64,000 nt of DNA from positions 66,784-130,783 of the forward strand of contig CAZDVD010000004.1 of the NCBI GenBank assembly GCA_964508765.1, read 5' to 3'. Both the position numbers and the translations under genes were made by a program. The notes below the pieces were generated by a model that searched no databases, was not told the DNA's origin, and worked only from the letters and a program-made list of their open reading frames with translations. Source of the DNA: an uncultured Lentisphaeria bacterium. GTDB lineage: Bacteria; Fidelibacterota; UBA8477; JABMPR01. Positions 46,916 to 57,414 of the stretch are shown piece after piece. The first letter of the stretch is position 1; every line of letters starts with the position of its first letter.

Positions 46916-47753
46916 GGGGCAGTGGAATCAAGTAGACTTCCTCACAGACCACGGGTTTCATACTTTTAAAATATAACCATCCCGCGCTGAAGAGCACCAC
47001 CGAGACAATAATCCAGGTAAGCCCCAGGTCACCCAGTGTGGATGCTTCTTCATCCAACCCCAAAAACAGACCGGAAAATGCTGAAAGATTAAACAGGGCA
47101 TGGGTTAGCATGGGAATCAGAATATTGCCTGTCTTCGCCATAAGCCAGGCCAACAAAACACCCAAGGCGAGGAGCTCTAACATCGCTGGCAAATAAAACA
47201 GGTAGCCCACATGGAAGAGGGCAAAAATGACGGTGGGAATCACCATAGATGGTATGAGTGATCCAAAATGATAAAACAAGCTTTGCTGAAGCAGTCCCCT
47301 GAAAAGGAATTCTTCAACAATCGGGGCAACCAGGATTGCTGCAGAAATCAGCACAATATTGGCAAGAATACCCCCATCAAAGAGTGTTTCGTCCAAAGCC
47401 CGTAAAAAGTCTGGTACAGGGAAATATGGTAAAATAAGGACCTCAAATACAGAAACCAGACCAATGATTCCACCAATAAATAATACCGACATGGCCACAG
47501 TCACTGGAGACACCTTATGGAAGGGAAGCACATCAAAAAAGCCAAGCTTACGCTGGTTTAATATGAACAGGGGTGGAACCAGAATAGCGATTTCACTAAA
47601 GAGCATGACGAGTCGATCAAGGAGTTCATTGTTCTCAATTCCGGAAATCATACTCTGGAGGCTCAGGCCAACAAATAAACCTAGAAACATACTTGCAGCC
47701 ACCATGAGGTAGGCTTCTCGCGTACTAAAAATATGGAATGAAAATCGTTTCAA
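46899..47753 (-). CDS. CPBP family intramembrane glutamic endopeptidase (CAAX protease/Abi)
   Basis: 284 aa polytopic protein with motif 1 PIVEEFLFRGLLQ and motif 2 FALFHV. The track start is TTG; the probable ATG is at 47705. The 3' end overlaps crcB by 17 bp. Confidence 0.7.
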   Translation of the reverse strand: MKRFSFHIFSTREAYLMVAASMFLGLFVGLSLQSMISGIENNELLDRLVMLFSEIAILVPPLFILNQRKLGFFDVLPFHKVSPVTVAMSVLFIGGIIGLVSVFEVLILPYFPVPDFLRALDETLFDGGILANIVLISAAILVAPIVEEFLFRGLLQQSLFYHFGSLIPSMVIPTVIFALFHVGYLFYLPAMLELLALGVLLAWLMAKTGNILIPMLTHALFNLSAFSGLFLGLDEEASTLGDLGLTWIIVSVVLFSAGWLYFKSMKPVVCEEVYLIPLPHEVEQ

Positions 47754-47866
47754 TCAACGCCATCTTTTCTAAGAGTTATTTGCTTCTAGAAACAAAAACG
47801 GGGCGAAAATAAAAGTTGAGATTACAACCATCACTTTCACCCCATGAGAATTGTCAGTGAGTCAGG

Positions 47867-48310
47867 TTATTCTTTAATAACCCAGACTTTAACTTCAGCT
47901 TTGATATCTGTGGCAACCTTGATGGGAACATTATAGATACCCAGTGCTTTGAGGGGTTCCTCAAGCAGGATGTCACGTTTGTCAATCTCATAGCCTTTTG
48001 CGGCCAGGAGTTCAGCAATATCAGCAGCTGTAACGGCACCAAAAACCTTATCTTCCTCACCAACCTTCACAGAGGTTTCGAGGGAGATGTTTCCGAGCTT
48101 GGCAGCCAGTTGCTCAGCCTGTGCAGTTGCACGGGCGTTGCGGTTATCCTTCAATTTTTTCTCTTCTTCGAAAACACGAGAAAAACTACGGGTTGCTGGA
48201 TAAGCAAGCTTCTGAGGAATTAGATAATTCCTGGCATAACCATCTTTTACATTGACGGTTTTGCCAGCCTGCCCTAGAGATTCAATATCTTCACGTAAAA
48301 TAATTTTCAT
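47867..48310 (-). CDS. rplI: 50S ribosomal protein L9
   Basis: 147 aa. MKIILREDIESLGQAGKTVNVKDGYARNYLIP is the canonical L9 N-terminus. Confidence 0.9.
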   Translation of the reverse strand: MKIILREDIESLGQAGKTVNVKDGYARNYLIPQKLAYPATRSFSRVFEEEKKLKDNRNARATAQAEQLAAKLGNISLETSVKVGEEDKVFGAVTAADIAELLAAKGYEIDKRDILLEEPLKALGIYNVPIKVATDIKAEVKVWVIKE

Positions 48311-48326
48311 GATCAGATCCTTTCTC

Positions 48327-48560
48327 TTAGGCGTTCTTTACGTCATTGGTATATGGCAGTAAAGCAATATTCCGGGCACGTTTGATAGCTGTTACCAGTG
48401 ATCTTTGATGCAGGGAGCAAGTACCTGTAATACGACGTGGTAAAATTTTTCCCTGCTCTGTCACAAAGCGACGTAGCATGGAGGGGTTTTTGTAATCAAT
48501 TTCCATTTTCTTATTTTCACAGAATTTGCAAATCTTTTTTCTATAGGTGAACATTTTCAT
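48327..48560 (-). CDS. rpsR: 30S ribosomal protein S18
   Basis: 77 aa. [38 protein letters not shown]...LVTAIKRAR is canonical S18. Confidence 0.9.
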   Translation of the reverse strand: MKMFTYRKKICKFCENKKMEIDYKNPSMLRRFVTEQGKILPRRITGTCSLHQRSLVTAIKRARNIALLPYTNDVKNA

Positions 48561-48591
48561 ATAGAATTCTCTCTTTCTCTAATCCGGCCGA

Positions 48592-49254
48592 TTACTCTGC
48601 GTCAGCAGGCTTTTCAGCTTCTTCTTCAGGTTTTTCGTCTGCGGATTCTTCAACTGCAGGTTCAGCTTCAGCTACGGCAGGCTCTTCAGCCACAATTGCT
48701 TCTTCAACAACAACTTCAGTTGCTTCCTCTGTGACTTCAACCGGTGTCTCTTTAACCACTTCGGCTACTTCAGCTTTTTCTTCAGCTGCTTCAACAACAA
48801 CTTCAGCGCCATCTTCAGATGCTACTGCTGCTGGTGCTTCAGCTGGTTTTTCTTCATAGCGTCTTGGTCTGTGACCATCTCTGGAATCTCTAGAATCTCT
48901 ACCTCCAGGACGTCTTCCACGGTCAGCCTCGAAAGCCTGTGGAACAGTCAGTGTTTCAAAATCAGGAAACTCATCGAGACGAATAGTCATATAATGAAGC
49001 ACGCCTGATTCGATTTCAAATTCACGAGCAAGCTCAGAGATATCTGGGTTTTCGCCTTGAAAATGCATTAAAACATAATTTCCATAGCGTTCTTTATCGA
49101 TAGCGTAAGCCAGCTTGCGTTTGCCCCAATGTTGGGTATTTGCAAGCTCACCGCCTACATTCTTCAGGACTTCTTCCACTCTTGCAACAACGGCGGAGAT
49201 TCCTTCACTATCAAAGTTGATATTTACAATATAAAGGCACTCATACTTTTTCAA
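48592..49254 (-). CDS. rpsF: 30S ribosomal protein S6 with a ~110-aa Glu/Ala/Pro-rich C-terminal extension
   Basis: The N-terminal 100 aa are canonical S6 ([11 protein letters not shown]...[10 protein letters not shown]). The remainder is a low-complexity acidic tail. Confidence 0.85.
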   Translation of the reverse strand: MKKYECLYIVNINFDSEGISAVVARVEEVLKNVGGELANTQHWGKRKLAYAIDKERYGNYVLMHFQGENPDISELAREFEIESGVLHYMTIRLDEFPDFETLTVPQAFEADRGRRPGGRDSRDSRDGHRPRRYEEKPAEAPAAVASEDGAEVVVEAAEEKAEVAEVVKETPVEVTEEATEVVVEEAIVAEEPAVAEAEPAVEESADEKPEEEAEKPADAE

Positions 49255-49266
49255 GAGCGAACCTCC

Positions 49267-51429
49267 TTATAGACCTATGGTTGCAATCAGTGGTGCAATC
49301 ACCAGTGATACAACCGACATTAATTTTATCAAAATATTCAGTGATGGTCCTGAGGTATCCTTGAAAGGATCACCCACGGTATCACCAACGACGGCAGCCT
49401 TGTGAACATCGGAACCTTTTCCATACTTAATTCCGTTTATCTCTACTCCGTCTTCTACCATTTTTTTAGCATTGTCCCAGGCGCCACCAGCATTTGACTG
49501 GAAGATGGCCATAAGAACACCTGTTACCGTCACACCGGCAAGTAAACCACCCAGAGCTTCAGCACCAAATATGTAACCCACAACTACTGGTGTTAGAATA
49601 GCCAGTAAACCGGGAAGCATCATTTCTTTGATAGCAGCTTCAGTGGAAATCGTAACACATTTACCATACTCAGCTTTACCATCAGCAGCATCAAAGACCT
49701 TCTTGTCTTCTACAGACATTTCCTCATCTTCTTCATACTTTTTCATCACAACCAACGCTGCAGCAAGCTCAGGGATGGTTTTAAACTGACGACGGACTTC
49801 TTCAATCATAGCCATGGCGGCACGACCAACAGCTCCCATTGCCATTGATGAAAAGACAAAGGGTAGCATACCACCAACAAACAAACCTGCCATAACCGTG
49901 GGATCTGTAATACTGATACTCATTGAGCCGCCACCACGAATAACTTCTACTGTGGTGCGAAAAGCAGCAAAAAGAGCCAGTGCTGTTAAAGCAGCTGATC
50001 CAATTGCAAAACCTTTTCCTACAGCTGCAGTGGTGTTACCCACAGCATCCAGCTTGTCAGTACGCTTACGAACCTCAGGTGGCATTTGAGCCATTTCAGC
50101 AATACCACCGGCATTATCAGAGATAGGACCATAGGCATCAATTGCCAGCTGCATTCCAGTGTTGGCTAACATTCCCAGGGCAGCCATGGCAATACCATAG
50201 AGACCTGCAAATTCAAAAGCTGCCATAATACTGGCTGCGATAATCAGTACAGGAACAGCGGTTGACTGCATACCTACACCCAGACCAGCGATCAAGTTGG
50301 TTGCTGCGCCTGTCTGTGATTGGTTTACGATGGAGTTCACAGGTCCTGAATTGGTTCCGGTATAGTGTTCTGTAATAAAACCAATACCCAGACCGGCAGC
50401 CAGACCAATGGTACTGGCCCAGAACACGCCATAACTGGTATATTCAACACCACCCAGCGTGAATGTGGCCGGTAGCATCATGGTAATCATGAAAAACATG
50501 ACTACAACCATGATACCCGATGAACCAAACTCACCAATATTGAGACCCCTCTGAGGGTCTCCACCTTCTTTTACAGAAACCATAAAGGTACCTGTAATAG
50601 AAACGAGGATTCCTGCTGCTGCAATGAGCAAAGGCAAGAATACGAATTCAGGTGCTAGAGCGCCACTCACCATAATGGTGGCTCCCAAAACCATTGAACC
50701 CACAATTGATCCTACATAGGATTCGAAAAGATCAGCACCCATACCAGCAACATCACCAACGTTGTCACCCACATTATCAGCAATAGTGGCAGGATTCAGA
50801 GGATGATCCTCAGGAATACCGGCTTCAACCTTGCCAACAAGATCAGCACCAACATCAGCAGCTTTGGTATAAATACCGCCACCGACACGGGCAAACAATG
50901 CAATGGAGCTGGCTCCCAGTGAAAAACCGGAAAGCACAGACATCACCATGCTCATATCTGTAAATATTTCTCTATAGACCAGGAATAGACCACCCAGACC
51001 AATCACGCCTAACCCTACAACGCTCAGACCCATGACGGATCCACCAGCAAAGGCAACGCCCAGAGCTTTAGCCAGACCTGTACGGGCTGCTTGAGATGTG
51101 CGATAATTGGCTTTGGTAGCAACGCGCATACCCAGAAAGCCAGCCAGGCCAGACGCCAGGGCACCCACAACAAATGATGCGGCTACGAGGGGACTTTTCC
51201 CTTCCCCACTATTGGCTACACCCAATAGAATGGCTACTGCCACAATAAAGATTGCCAGTACACGATATTCAGCTTTCAGGAAGGCCATGGCACCATCAGC
51301 AATGTGCTTGCCGATAAGTTTCATCTTATCTGAACCTTCATCCTGTTTATTGACCCAGCCTGTTTTCCAAAACGCAAACGCCAAGGCAACAAATCCCGAG
51401 ATGGGGACCCAGATCATCATTTCACTCAT
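49267..51429 (-). CDS. hppA: membrane-bound proton/sodium-translocating pyrophosphatase
   Basis: 720 aa with about 16 TM helices. Conserved motifs [20 protein letters not shown] and DNVGDNVGD are present. Confidence 0.9.
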   Translation of the reverse strand: MSEMMIWVPISGFVALAFAFWKTGWVNKQDEGSDKMKLIGKHIADGAMAFLKAEYRVLAIFIVAVAILLGVANSGEGKSPLVAASFVVGALASGLAGFLGMRVATKANYRTSQAARTGLAKALGVAFAGGSVMGLSVVGLGVIGLGGLFLVYREIFTDMSMVMSVLSGFSLGASSIALFARVGGGIYTKAADVGADLVGKVEAGIPEDHPLNPATIADNVGDNVGDVAGMGADLFESYVGSIVGSMVLGATIMVSGALAPEFVFLPLLIAAAGILVSITGTFMVSVKEGGDPQRGLNIGEFGSSGIMVVVMFFMITMMLPATFTLGGVEYTSYGVFWASTIGLAAGLGIGFITEHYTGTNSGPVNSIVNQSQTGAATNLIAGLGVGMQSTAVPVLIIAASIMAAFEFAGLYGIAMAALGMLANTGMQLAIDAYGPISDNAGGIAEMAQMPPEVRKRTDKLDAVGNTTAAVGKGFAIGSAALTALALFAAFRTTVEVIRGGGSMSISITDPTVMAGLFVGGMLPFVFSSMAMGAVGRAAMAMIEEVRRQFKTIPELAAALVVMKKYEEDEEMSVEDKKVFDAADGKAEYGKCVTISTEAAIKEMMLPGLLAILTPVVVGYIFGAEALGGLLAGVTVTGVLMAIFQSNAGGAWDNAKKMVEDGVEINGIKYGKGSDVHKAAVVGDTVGDPFKDTSGPSLNILIKLMSVVSLVIAPLIATIGL

Positions 51430-51430
51430 A

Positions 51431-52030
51431 TTAATTTTCCTCCTTTAAATCCTCAGCCTGAGCTTTACGGGGATTGATATTGAAACGATTCATCGTGTTA
51501 TCAATATCATCTTTCAACCAATACTCGAGAGCATCAGCCGCTTTACCCAACTGCTCAGGGAGAACAGTCAAATCATTTTTGGAATAATTCTCTAATACAA
51601 AATCTTCAGAAAGTCGACGACCCTGATCTCCACCAATGCCCATGCGAATGCGTGGGAAAGTTGTGTCGCTCAGGTGTTGGATGACCGATTGCATACCTCT
51701 GTGAGTTCCAGCACCACCCTGCTTACGCAGACGCATTTCTGGAAAGAGAATGTCAAGATCATCAAAAACAATCATACAGTCTTCTGTGGCAATTTTGAAA
51801 TAATCGACCAAATGACGTACGGCCTGGCCACTGTTATTCATATAAGTGGTTGGCTTCATCAGGATTGCATCCCGTTGTGCGCTTTTAGCAAAGACATAAC
51901 TGCCCTTGCCTGGTTTAAAGCTGACCTGCCAACGTTGGGCAAGTTCATCAATGACCATGAAACCGGCGTTGTGTCGGGTCTTTGCATACCGATCACCCGG
52001 ATTTCCAAGACCAATGATTGCTCGTAGCAC
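51431..52030 (-). CDS. pth: peptidyl-tRNA hydrolase
   Basis: 199 aa. [21 protein letters not shown] is the canonical Pth N-terminus, and the gene sits in the conserved prs-ctc-pth order. Confidence 0.9.
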   Translation of the reverse strand: MLRAIIGLGNPGDRYAKTRHNAGFMVIDELAQRWQVSFKPGKGSYVFAKSAQRDAILMKPTTYMNNSGQAVRHLVDYFKIATEDCMIVFDDLDILFPEMRLRKQGGAGTHRGMQSVIQHLSDTTFPRIRMGIGGDQGRRLSEDFVLENYSKNDLTVLPEQLGKAADALEYWLKDDIDNTMNRFNINPRKAQAEDLKEEN

Positions 52031-52051
52031 AATACGTCTCTTTGATATCGA

Positions 52052-52729
52052 TTATTTTTCGTCACTACCTGTATCAGATTCTTTTTTCTCACCGTCTTCT
52101 GATTCTGATCCTTCTTCATCCTCGAATTCCAGATCATCTTCATCAACTTCAACAACAACTTCTTCCATTTTCTGTGGTAGAACGACAGAAATGATTGTGA
52201 TGTCTTCAGCAATGAGAACTTCATAGTCATCACTCTGGATATCACTGGCGTGGATACCGTCACCGATGTTCAATTCAGATACATCGACTTCAATGGAATC
52301 AGGTACATCCTCACCTTTACAGCGAACCACAACCTCATGGATAGGCTGCTGGAGAACACCACCTTCTTGTACACCAAGTGCCAGTCCATTAGCGATCACG
52401 GATACGGGAATTTCGATGATGTCACGAAGACGTACACCGAAGAAATCCATATGCAGGATTTTGTCTGTTACTGGATGCCATTGGACATCTTTCACCATGG
52501 CTCGGCGTTGCTCGCCGTCAATAGTGATGTTAAAAATTTGTTCTCCTGAATGCATAGCTTCGCGCAGATGTGTTTCGGTCATAACATAGGACTGAGCTTC
52601 TTCACCACCTGAATAGAAATTCACGGGGACATAGCCATTCCTGCGGAGTGCTTTTGCAGCTTTCCGACCAAATTCACTTCTCTGCTCAATCTGCAATTCG
52701 AAACGTTCTTTTTTCTTTGCTTGAGCCAT
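52052..52729 (-). CDS. rplY: 50S ribosomal protein L25/general stress protein Ctc with an acidic C-terminal tail
   Basis: 225 aa with a Ctc-form L25 N-terminal beta-barrel and C-terminal domain, followed by a D/E-rich tail. Confidence 0.85.
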   Translation of the reverse strand: MAQAKKKERFELQIEQRSEFGRKAAKALRRNGYVPVNFYSGGEEAQSYVMTETHLREAMHSGEQIFNITIDGEQRRAMVKDVQWHPVTDKILHMDFFGVRLRDIIEIPVSVIANGLALGVQEGGVLQQPIHEVVVRCKGEDVPDSIEVDVSELNIGDGIHASDIQSDDYEVLIAEDITIISVVLPQKMEEVVVEVDEDDLEFEDEEGSESEDGEKKESDTGSDEK

Positions 52730-52753
52730 TTTTACTTCCTTTATCTCTTTATA

Positions 52754-53686
52754 CTAAATATCAAATAAAACACTGATTGATTCTTCGTTATGAATCCGCT
52801 GAATCGCTTCCCCGAAAACGGGAGCCACGCTAATGGACATCAATTTATCGATGCGCTTTTTAGCGCCGATATTGATGGTGTCCGTTACCAGGATGTGATC
52901 AATAGGTACCTTGCTTAGGCGCTTAATGGCAGGACCCGAAAGCACACCATGGGTGACAGCGGCATTTACTGAAAGGGCTCCCATCGCTCGCGCTTTTTTT
53001 GCTGCTGCGACCATGGTACCAGCTGTATCGACCATATCATCCATGATTAACACATTCTTTGCTCCAACCTTACCAATCAAGTGCATAACTTCAGCCTTAT
53101 TGTGTTCAGGTCGACGTTTGTCAATAATTGCTAAACTCGCGTCCAGTAGCTTTGCATAAGATCGTGACATGGGGACAGAACCAATATCTGGTGCCAATAC
53201 GACCATATTTTCAAGACCAAGATCCTTAATCGCCCCGACCAAGACTTTCTTGGAGTAGAGGTGATCGAAGGGAATGTTGAAATATCCCTGGATCTGGCTA
53301 CTGTGAAGATCCATTGAGACCACACGGTCAGCTCCAGCAGTTTGAATAAGATCAGCAAACAATTTGGCGCTGATGGGGACGCGGGGTTGATCTTTACGAT
53401 CCTGTCTCGCATACCCGTAGTATGGAATGACGGCCGTGACACGTCGAGCTGAAGCTCTTTTAGCTGCATCCAACATCAACAACAATTCAATCATATTCGT
53501 ATCTGGTGGATTGGTGCTTTGGATAATAAAGACATCTTCGCCACGAATATTCTCATCGAAGCGAATCCATAGCTCACCATCACTAAATGGCTTGATTGTC
53601 ATTTTCCCTAACTCAATGTTCAGATACTTGGCGATAGCTTTGCCAAACTCTGGGTTGGCTCTACCACAAAAAAACTTGGGATTCAT
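52754..53686 (-). CDS. prs: ribose-phosphate pyrophosphokinase
   Basis: 310 aa with the PRPP-binding motif VLIMDDMVDTAGT and the N-terminal FSDGE region. Confidence 0.9.
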   Translation of the reverse strand: MNPKFFCGRANPEFGKAIAKYLNIELGKMTIKPFSDGELWIRFDENIRGEDVFIIQSTNPPDTNMIELLLMLDAAKRASARRVTAVIPYYGYARQDRKDQPRVPISAKLFADLIQTAGADRVVSMDLHSSQIQGYFNIPFDHLYSKKVLVGAIKDLGLENMVVLAPDIGSVPMSRSYAKLLDASLAIIDKRRPEHNKAEVMHLIGKVGAKNVLIMDDMVDTAGTMVAAAKKARAMGALSVNAAVTHGVLSGPAIKRLSKVPIDHILVTDTINIGAKKRIDKLMSISVAPVFGEAIQRIHNEESISVLFDI

Positions 53687-53796
53687 TCGCTCTACTTCCG
53701 TTTGTTGGTTGGCGTTTTGGGTAAGTGCCTATTCAAGTCGTCCCAGCTCTGACTTTTGTCAGGGCCCAGGTACATGTTGACTTGAAATAGAAAGTG

Positions 53797-53867
53797 TTCC
53801 GGGAGGAGGATTCGAACCCCCATGACCAGCTCCAAAAGCTGGTGTCCTACCTTTGAACGATCCCGGA
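53797..53867 (-). tRNA. tRNA-Gln (anticodon UUG)
   Basis: Hand-folded cloverleaf on the minus strand. The acceptor UCCGGGA/UCCCGGA has a U1-A72 pair typical of tRNA-Gln. The D-stem is GUUC/GGAC, the anticodon stem CCAGC/GCUGG with loop UUUUGGA (UUG), and the T-arm GGGGG-UUCGAAU-CCUCC. CCA is not encoded. Confidence 0.8.
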
Positions 53868-53876
53868 AGGCAATAT

Positions 53877-54722
53877 TTAGATGACGGGGAGGGTGATCTG
53901 GGTATGGTAACGGTTTATAAAAAACGATTGAGCAACTTTTGCTTGTTCAAGGTTGTCAAAGATGCCATACACAGTCGAGCCACTACCCGACAAACTGGCA
54001 AAATATGCTCCTTGATTAAGGAGTTCGCTTTTTAGCGTGCCAATTTCTGGATGTATATGAAAAACTACAGATTCAAATTCGTTATCAAAAAACCGTACCA
54101 GTGTTGCCTTTTCTAAAAGGCGGCCAAAAGTAAACGGAGCCTTAGGGGGTGTCAATGGTATTTTTAGTGCTTCAAATGCCTGTTTTGTAGAGACATGAAT
54201 GGGCGGAATAATGAGTAGTATAAACCCTTCGAAGCCCAACTTCAGTTTCTCAAGTTTCTCACCAACACCTTGACCGTGCTGTAAGCCGCCTTCAATAAAG
54301 AAAGGTACATCAGCTCCCAACTCCAAAGCCAGCTCAAGCAAATGCTCAGTTGACAGTGGAAAACCAGCAATCTGATTTAAGCCTTTGAGCACAGCCACAC
54401 CATCGGCACTCCCCCCGCCAAGCCCAGATCCAGGTGGCACTTTTTTCTCAAGGGTAATCTTTACTGGAAGTGCTTTCCCAGTGGCTTCTCTGAAGAGTTG
54501 CTTCGCATGAAGACAGATATTATTGCCACCATCATCAAAGCTAAGGCCCTCCATACTGAAACTGAATTTTTCTGCTGGTTCGAAATGGAGGATGTCACCC
54601 CAATCCAACTCCTGAAATACTGTATCCAGGTCATGATAGCCATCTGGTCTTTTACGGATAATGCGTAACTTTAAATTTACCTTGGTGTGAGCAGAAATAT
54701 CGAATGGTTTAAAGGGCTTCAT
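53877..54722 (-). CDS. ispE: 4-diphosphocytidyl-2-C-methyl-D-erythritol kinase
   Basis: 281 aa. KVNLKLRI..RPDGYHDL (N-terminal), the GHMP kinase motif PPGSGLGGGSADGVAV, and the conserved ispE-prs neighbourhood. Confidence 0.85.
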   Translation of the reverse strand: MKPFKPFDISAHTKVNLKLRIIRKRPDGYHDLDTVFQELDWGDILHFEPAEKFSFSMEGLSFDDGGNNICLHAKQLFREATGKALPVKITLEKKVPPGSGLGGGSADGVAVLKGLNQIAGFPLSTEHLLELALELGADVPFFIEGGLQHGQGVGEKLEKLKLGFEGFILLIIPPIHVSTKQAFEALKIPLTPPKAPFTFGRLLEKATLVRFFDNEFESVVFHIHPEIGTLKSELLNQGAYFASLSGSGSTVYGIFDNLEQAKVAQSFFINRYHTQITLPVI

Positions 54723-55604
54723 TTCTCAATCAATTTAGACCAGAACTGTGGATGCTCAAAGTGTTGCCAGTTTGAATTTGTGATGAGCATTTGCACAACA
54801 ATCGATTTTCACACTACTTGCCACAAAGCATGTATACTTTTATACTCAACGGTTTGACTTGTTATCAGATCGAACAGGACAAACATAAACATTTACATGC
54901 GGGAAATTCACATGTCACTTTTTAGAATCAGTTTCATCTAGAGCTGGGACTCTCAAGCGGCATAAGCAAGCATCATCTCAAAGGCAGCATCTTTATTTCT
55001 AAGCTGGAGAACTATATCTTTGCCCGAGTAGACTCCAGTGTTAATCGAGTCTTTCTCCCTTGTAATGAACCAAAGGTATCCAAGGTCTTCCAGAATTTGG
55101 ATCAGGCCCAGCAACTGGGGTTTGAACTCACAGCAGATGGTGTCATCATACCAGCACTCCACTATGAGTTTGCCATCGCCTATACTTGAGGTGAAAATCT
55201 GGACAATGATACACCTCTCCCAGAAATGCCACCCCTTGAAACCGTATTGAATTTGAGGTACAGCTTTAAAGCACTACCCCTGTGGGTTCAGACAGAGGGA
55301 CGCTGGGTCAGTGATCAGGATCGTGTGTCTGTGGAAAAGGGTGAAACGGCCACAAAAGGGTTTCAGGTTTATAACATCAAATCCGGGTTCTCAATGGAGA
55401 ATGGATTGTCGCTCAGGGTTTCAACAATATATTTGACACGGCTTACCATGAACACCTCAGTCGCAATTTTATTAAAAACACAGCAGATAGTGGCCTACCG
55501 CTTTATGAACCTGGCAGGAATATTATTCTGGTTGTTGCTTATAAACTTTGAAAGGGTGAAACCAAAGCAGTTCCGTTTTTGCTTCAACTCAAGGGCAATA
55601 TTTT

Positions 55605-56054
55605 TTAAAGTGTTCTTAAATATTCGAGGATTGCCCGAGCGTCATCTTCAGTCACGTTCTGAAAAGTCATAGGCACAAAGTACTCAGCCAACATGGCTTT
55701 CACTTCAGGATGTTTCTTGACCATTTCATCCGGGTTCAGAATCATATTCAGAATGAATGCAGGTGAGCGTTTATTTGTCACACCAGCAAGAGGTGGTCCT
55801 ACCAGACGCTCACTCACTTTATGACAGGCCACACATTTTACTGTAAAAACATCAAGTCCTTTTTGGACCAGAGCATCATTCTGCGGACCGAGGGTGAACG
55901 AAACAATGGGGCCAATCCCATGTTTAATCTGATCTTGAGTGAGGCCTTCCGGGCTCAATTTTGGTACGTTTGCTTCCCTGGCAGTTTCGCTATCACCACC
56001 ACAACTCATTAGTATCAAGGCCAAAATCAGGATTATTCCTGTCTTTTTTATCAT
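55605..56054 (-). CDS. mono-heme c-type cytochrome, lipoprotein
   Basis: 149 aa with a signal peptide and lipobox (LMSCGG). It has a single CVACH heme-binding site and a downstream Met ligand candidate. Confidence 0.7.
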   Translation of the reverse strand: MIKKTGIILILALILMSCGGDSETAREANVPKLSPEGLTQDQIKHGIGPIVSFTLGPQNDALVQKGLDVFTVKCVACHKVSERLVGPPLAGVTNKRSPAFILNMILNPDEMVKKHPEVKAMLAEYFVPMTFQNVTEDDARAILEYLRTL

Positions 56055-56165
56055 TCTTTTCTCCTATTCATATCACGCAAGAATGTGTGAGATTATTTGT
56101 CATATTTTCGGTCAAAAAAAGAGTCTAGTATTCTTTTGTTTGCCTCATATTGCTTATTTGTATCG

Positions 56166-56795
56166 TCAATGTGTATCTTTTCCTTCAGAGAGATTCTCTT
56201 TGACGATGGCATAACGATGAATGAGAAAAGCACTTACAATTGCCACAATCACAATGGATACAGCAGTATTATAGCGTTTGAGATAGACTCCGATCTGCTC
56301 CCAATTTTCACCAATTGTGCTACCCAGCCAAATTAAGGTGCCATTCCATAACAAGCTGGAAATGGTTGAGAGAATGATAACTTTCCAGATATTGAGTTTT
56401 CCGATCCCTGAAAAGAGCCCAACCACACTTCTCAGTCCTGCCAGAAAGCGGTTGATAAGCACAACGCCGTAACCCCATTTTTCAAACAAGAGTTCAACCC
56501 GCTGTAAGCTTTTTGGTGAAAACCAGGTCTGTTGTTTGGAGTACATAAATCCCCGTCCATACTTGTATCCCGCCAAATAGAGAGTGAGAAAACCCAGGAC
56601 ACTGCCCATGAGGGTTGTGACCAAGGCCATGGAAAAGGAAAGTTCACCTCGACCAACAAGGTAAGCACCAAAAATCAGGATGGTATCACCAGGAACAGGG
56701 GGGAAAATGTTTTCTATATAAGAGGCTAAAAAAACAGTAAGGAAAACCAGCCAGGCTGGCGATTGTTCGATAAAGCATAAGAGGGGTTCCAACAT
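56166..56795 (-). CDS. DedA family membrane protein (SNARE-associated/TVP38)
   Basis: 209 aa. The motif FLASYIENIFPPVPGDTILIFGAYL is the DedA signature. Confidence 0.8.
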   Translation of the reverse strand: MLEPLLCFIEQSPAWLVFLTVFLASYIENIFPPVPGDTILIFGAYLVGRGELSFSMALVTTLMGSVLGFLTLYLAGYKYGRGFMYSKQQTWFSPKSLQRVELLFEKWGYGVVLINRFLAGLRSVVGLFSGIGKLNIWKVIILSTISSLLWNGTLIWLGSTIGENWEQIGVYLKRYNTAVSIVIVAIVSAFLIHRYAIVKENLSEGKDTH

Positions 56796-56810
56796 GTTAG
56801 AACAACTGGG

Positions 56811-57323
56811 TTATCGTTTTGAAAGGAAACAAACAGCCTGGGCAGCTACCGCATCTCCACTTCCAGTCATACCCATACCTTCTGTTGTTGTCGCTTTTAC
56901 AGATACAAGATCAATGGGAATTTCCAGGGCATCTGCCAGGTGTTGGCGCATCTCTGGTAAAAACCCCATGACTTTGGGTCGCTGAAGTATAAGGGTCGCA
57001 TCAAGATTTGAAACCCCATAGCCCCGTTCCCGAATCAGGGAATTCACATGCTTCAAAAGATCGATGGAATAAACTCCTTCAAATTCAGGGGATGTATCTG
57101 GAAAATGTTGACCGATATCCCCCAAGGCTAGCGCACCAAGAACAGCGTCTGCAATCGCGTGGGTTAGAGCGTCTCCATCAGAATGTCCCAATGTACCTTT
57201 TTCGAAAGGAATTTTAACGCCGCCCAAAACCAAATCCCGACCTTCCACCAGACGATGGACATCATAGCCTGTACCTACTCTGAGGTTAGGGGTTAGGGGT
57301 TGGGTGTTAGACGTTTCACTCAT
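56811..57323 (-). CDS. ispF: 2-C-methyl-D-erythritol 2,4-cyclodiphosphate synthase
   Basis: 170 aa. RVGTGYDVHRL...GHSDGD...H is the IspF metal-binding pattern. Confidence 0.85.
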   Translation of the reverse strand: MSETSNTQPLTPNLRVGTGYDVHRLVEGRDLVLGGVKIPFEKGTLGHSDGDALTHAIADAVLGALALGDIGQHFPDTSPEFEGVYSIDLLKHVNSLIRERGYGVSNLDATLILQRPKVMGFLPEMRQHLADALEIPIDLVSVKATTTEGMGMTGSGDAVAAQAVCFLSKR

Positions 57324-57414
57324 ACTATTTTACAATGCTCTCGCAAAGTGCGCAGAGACGCAAAGTTATTTAACCGCTCTTTTCGAGAATATTCGTGTCG
57401 ACATAATTATACTT

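Noticed and set aside
47754-47866. Fluoride riboswitch (crcB motif) upstream of the CPBP-crcB operon
   Set aside because: I searched the minus-strand leader for the conserved GGCGAUGG...AACCGCC...CUGAUGxCxCC elements and did not find them. The call needs a covariance-model scan, so it is not made.
49814-51448. ORFs 49814-50089 (+) and 51107-51448 (+) inside hppA, and 14715-14906 (-) inside cstA
   Set aside because: They are antisense or out of frame within well-supported long membrane-protein genes, so they are shadow ORFs.
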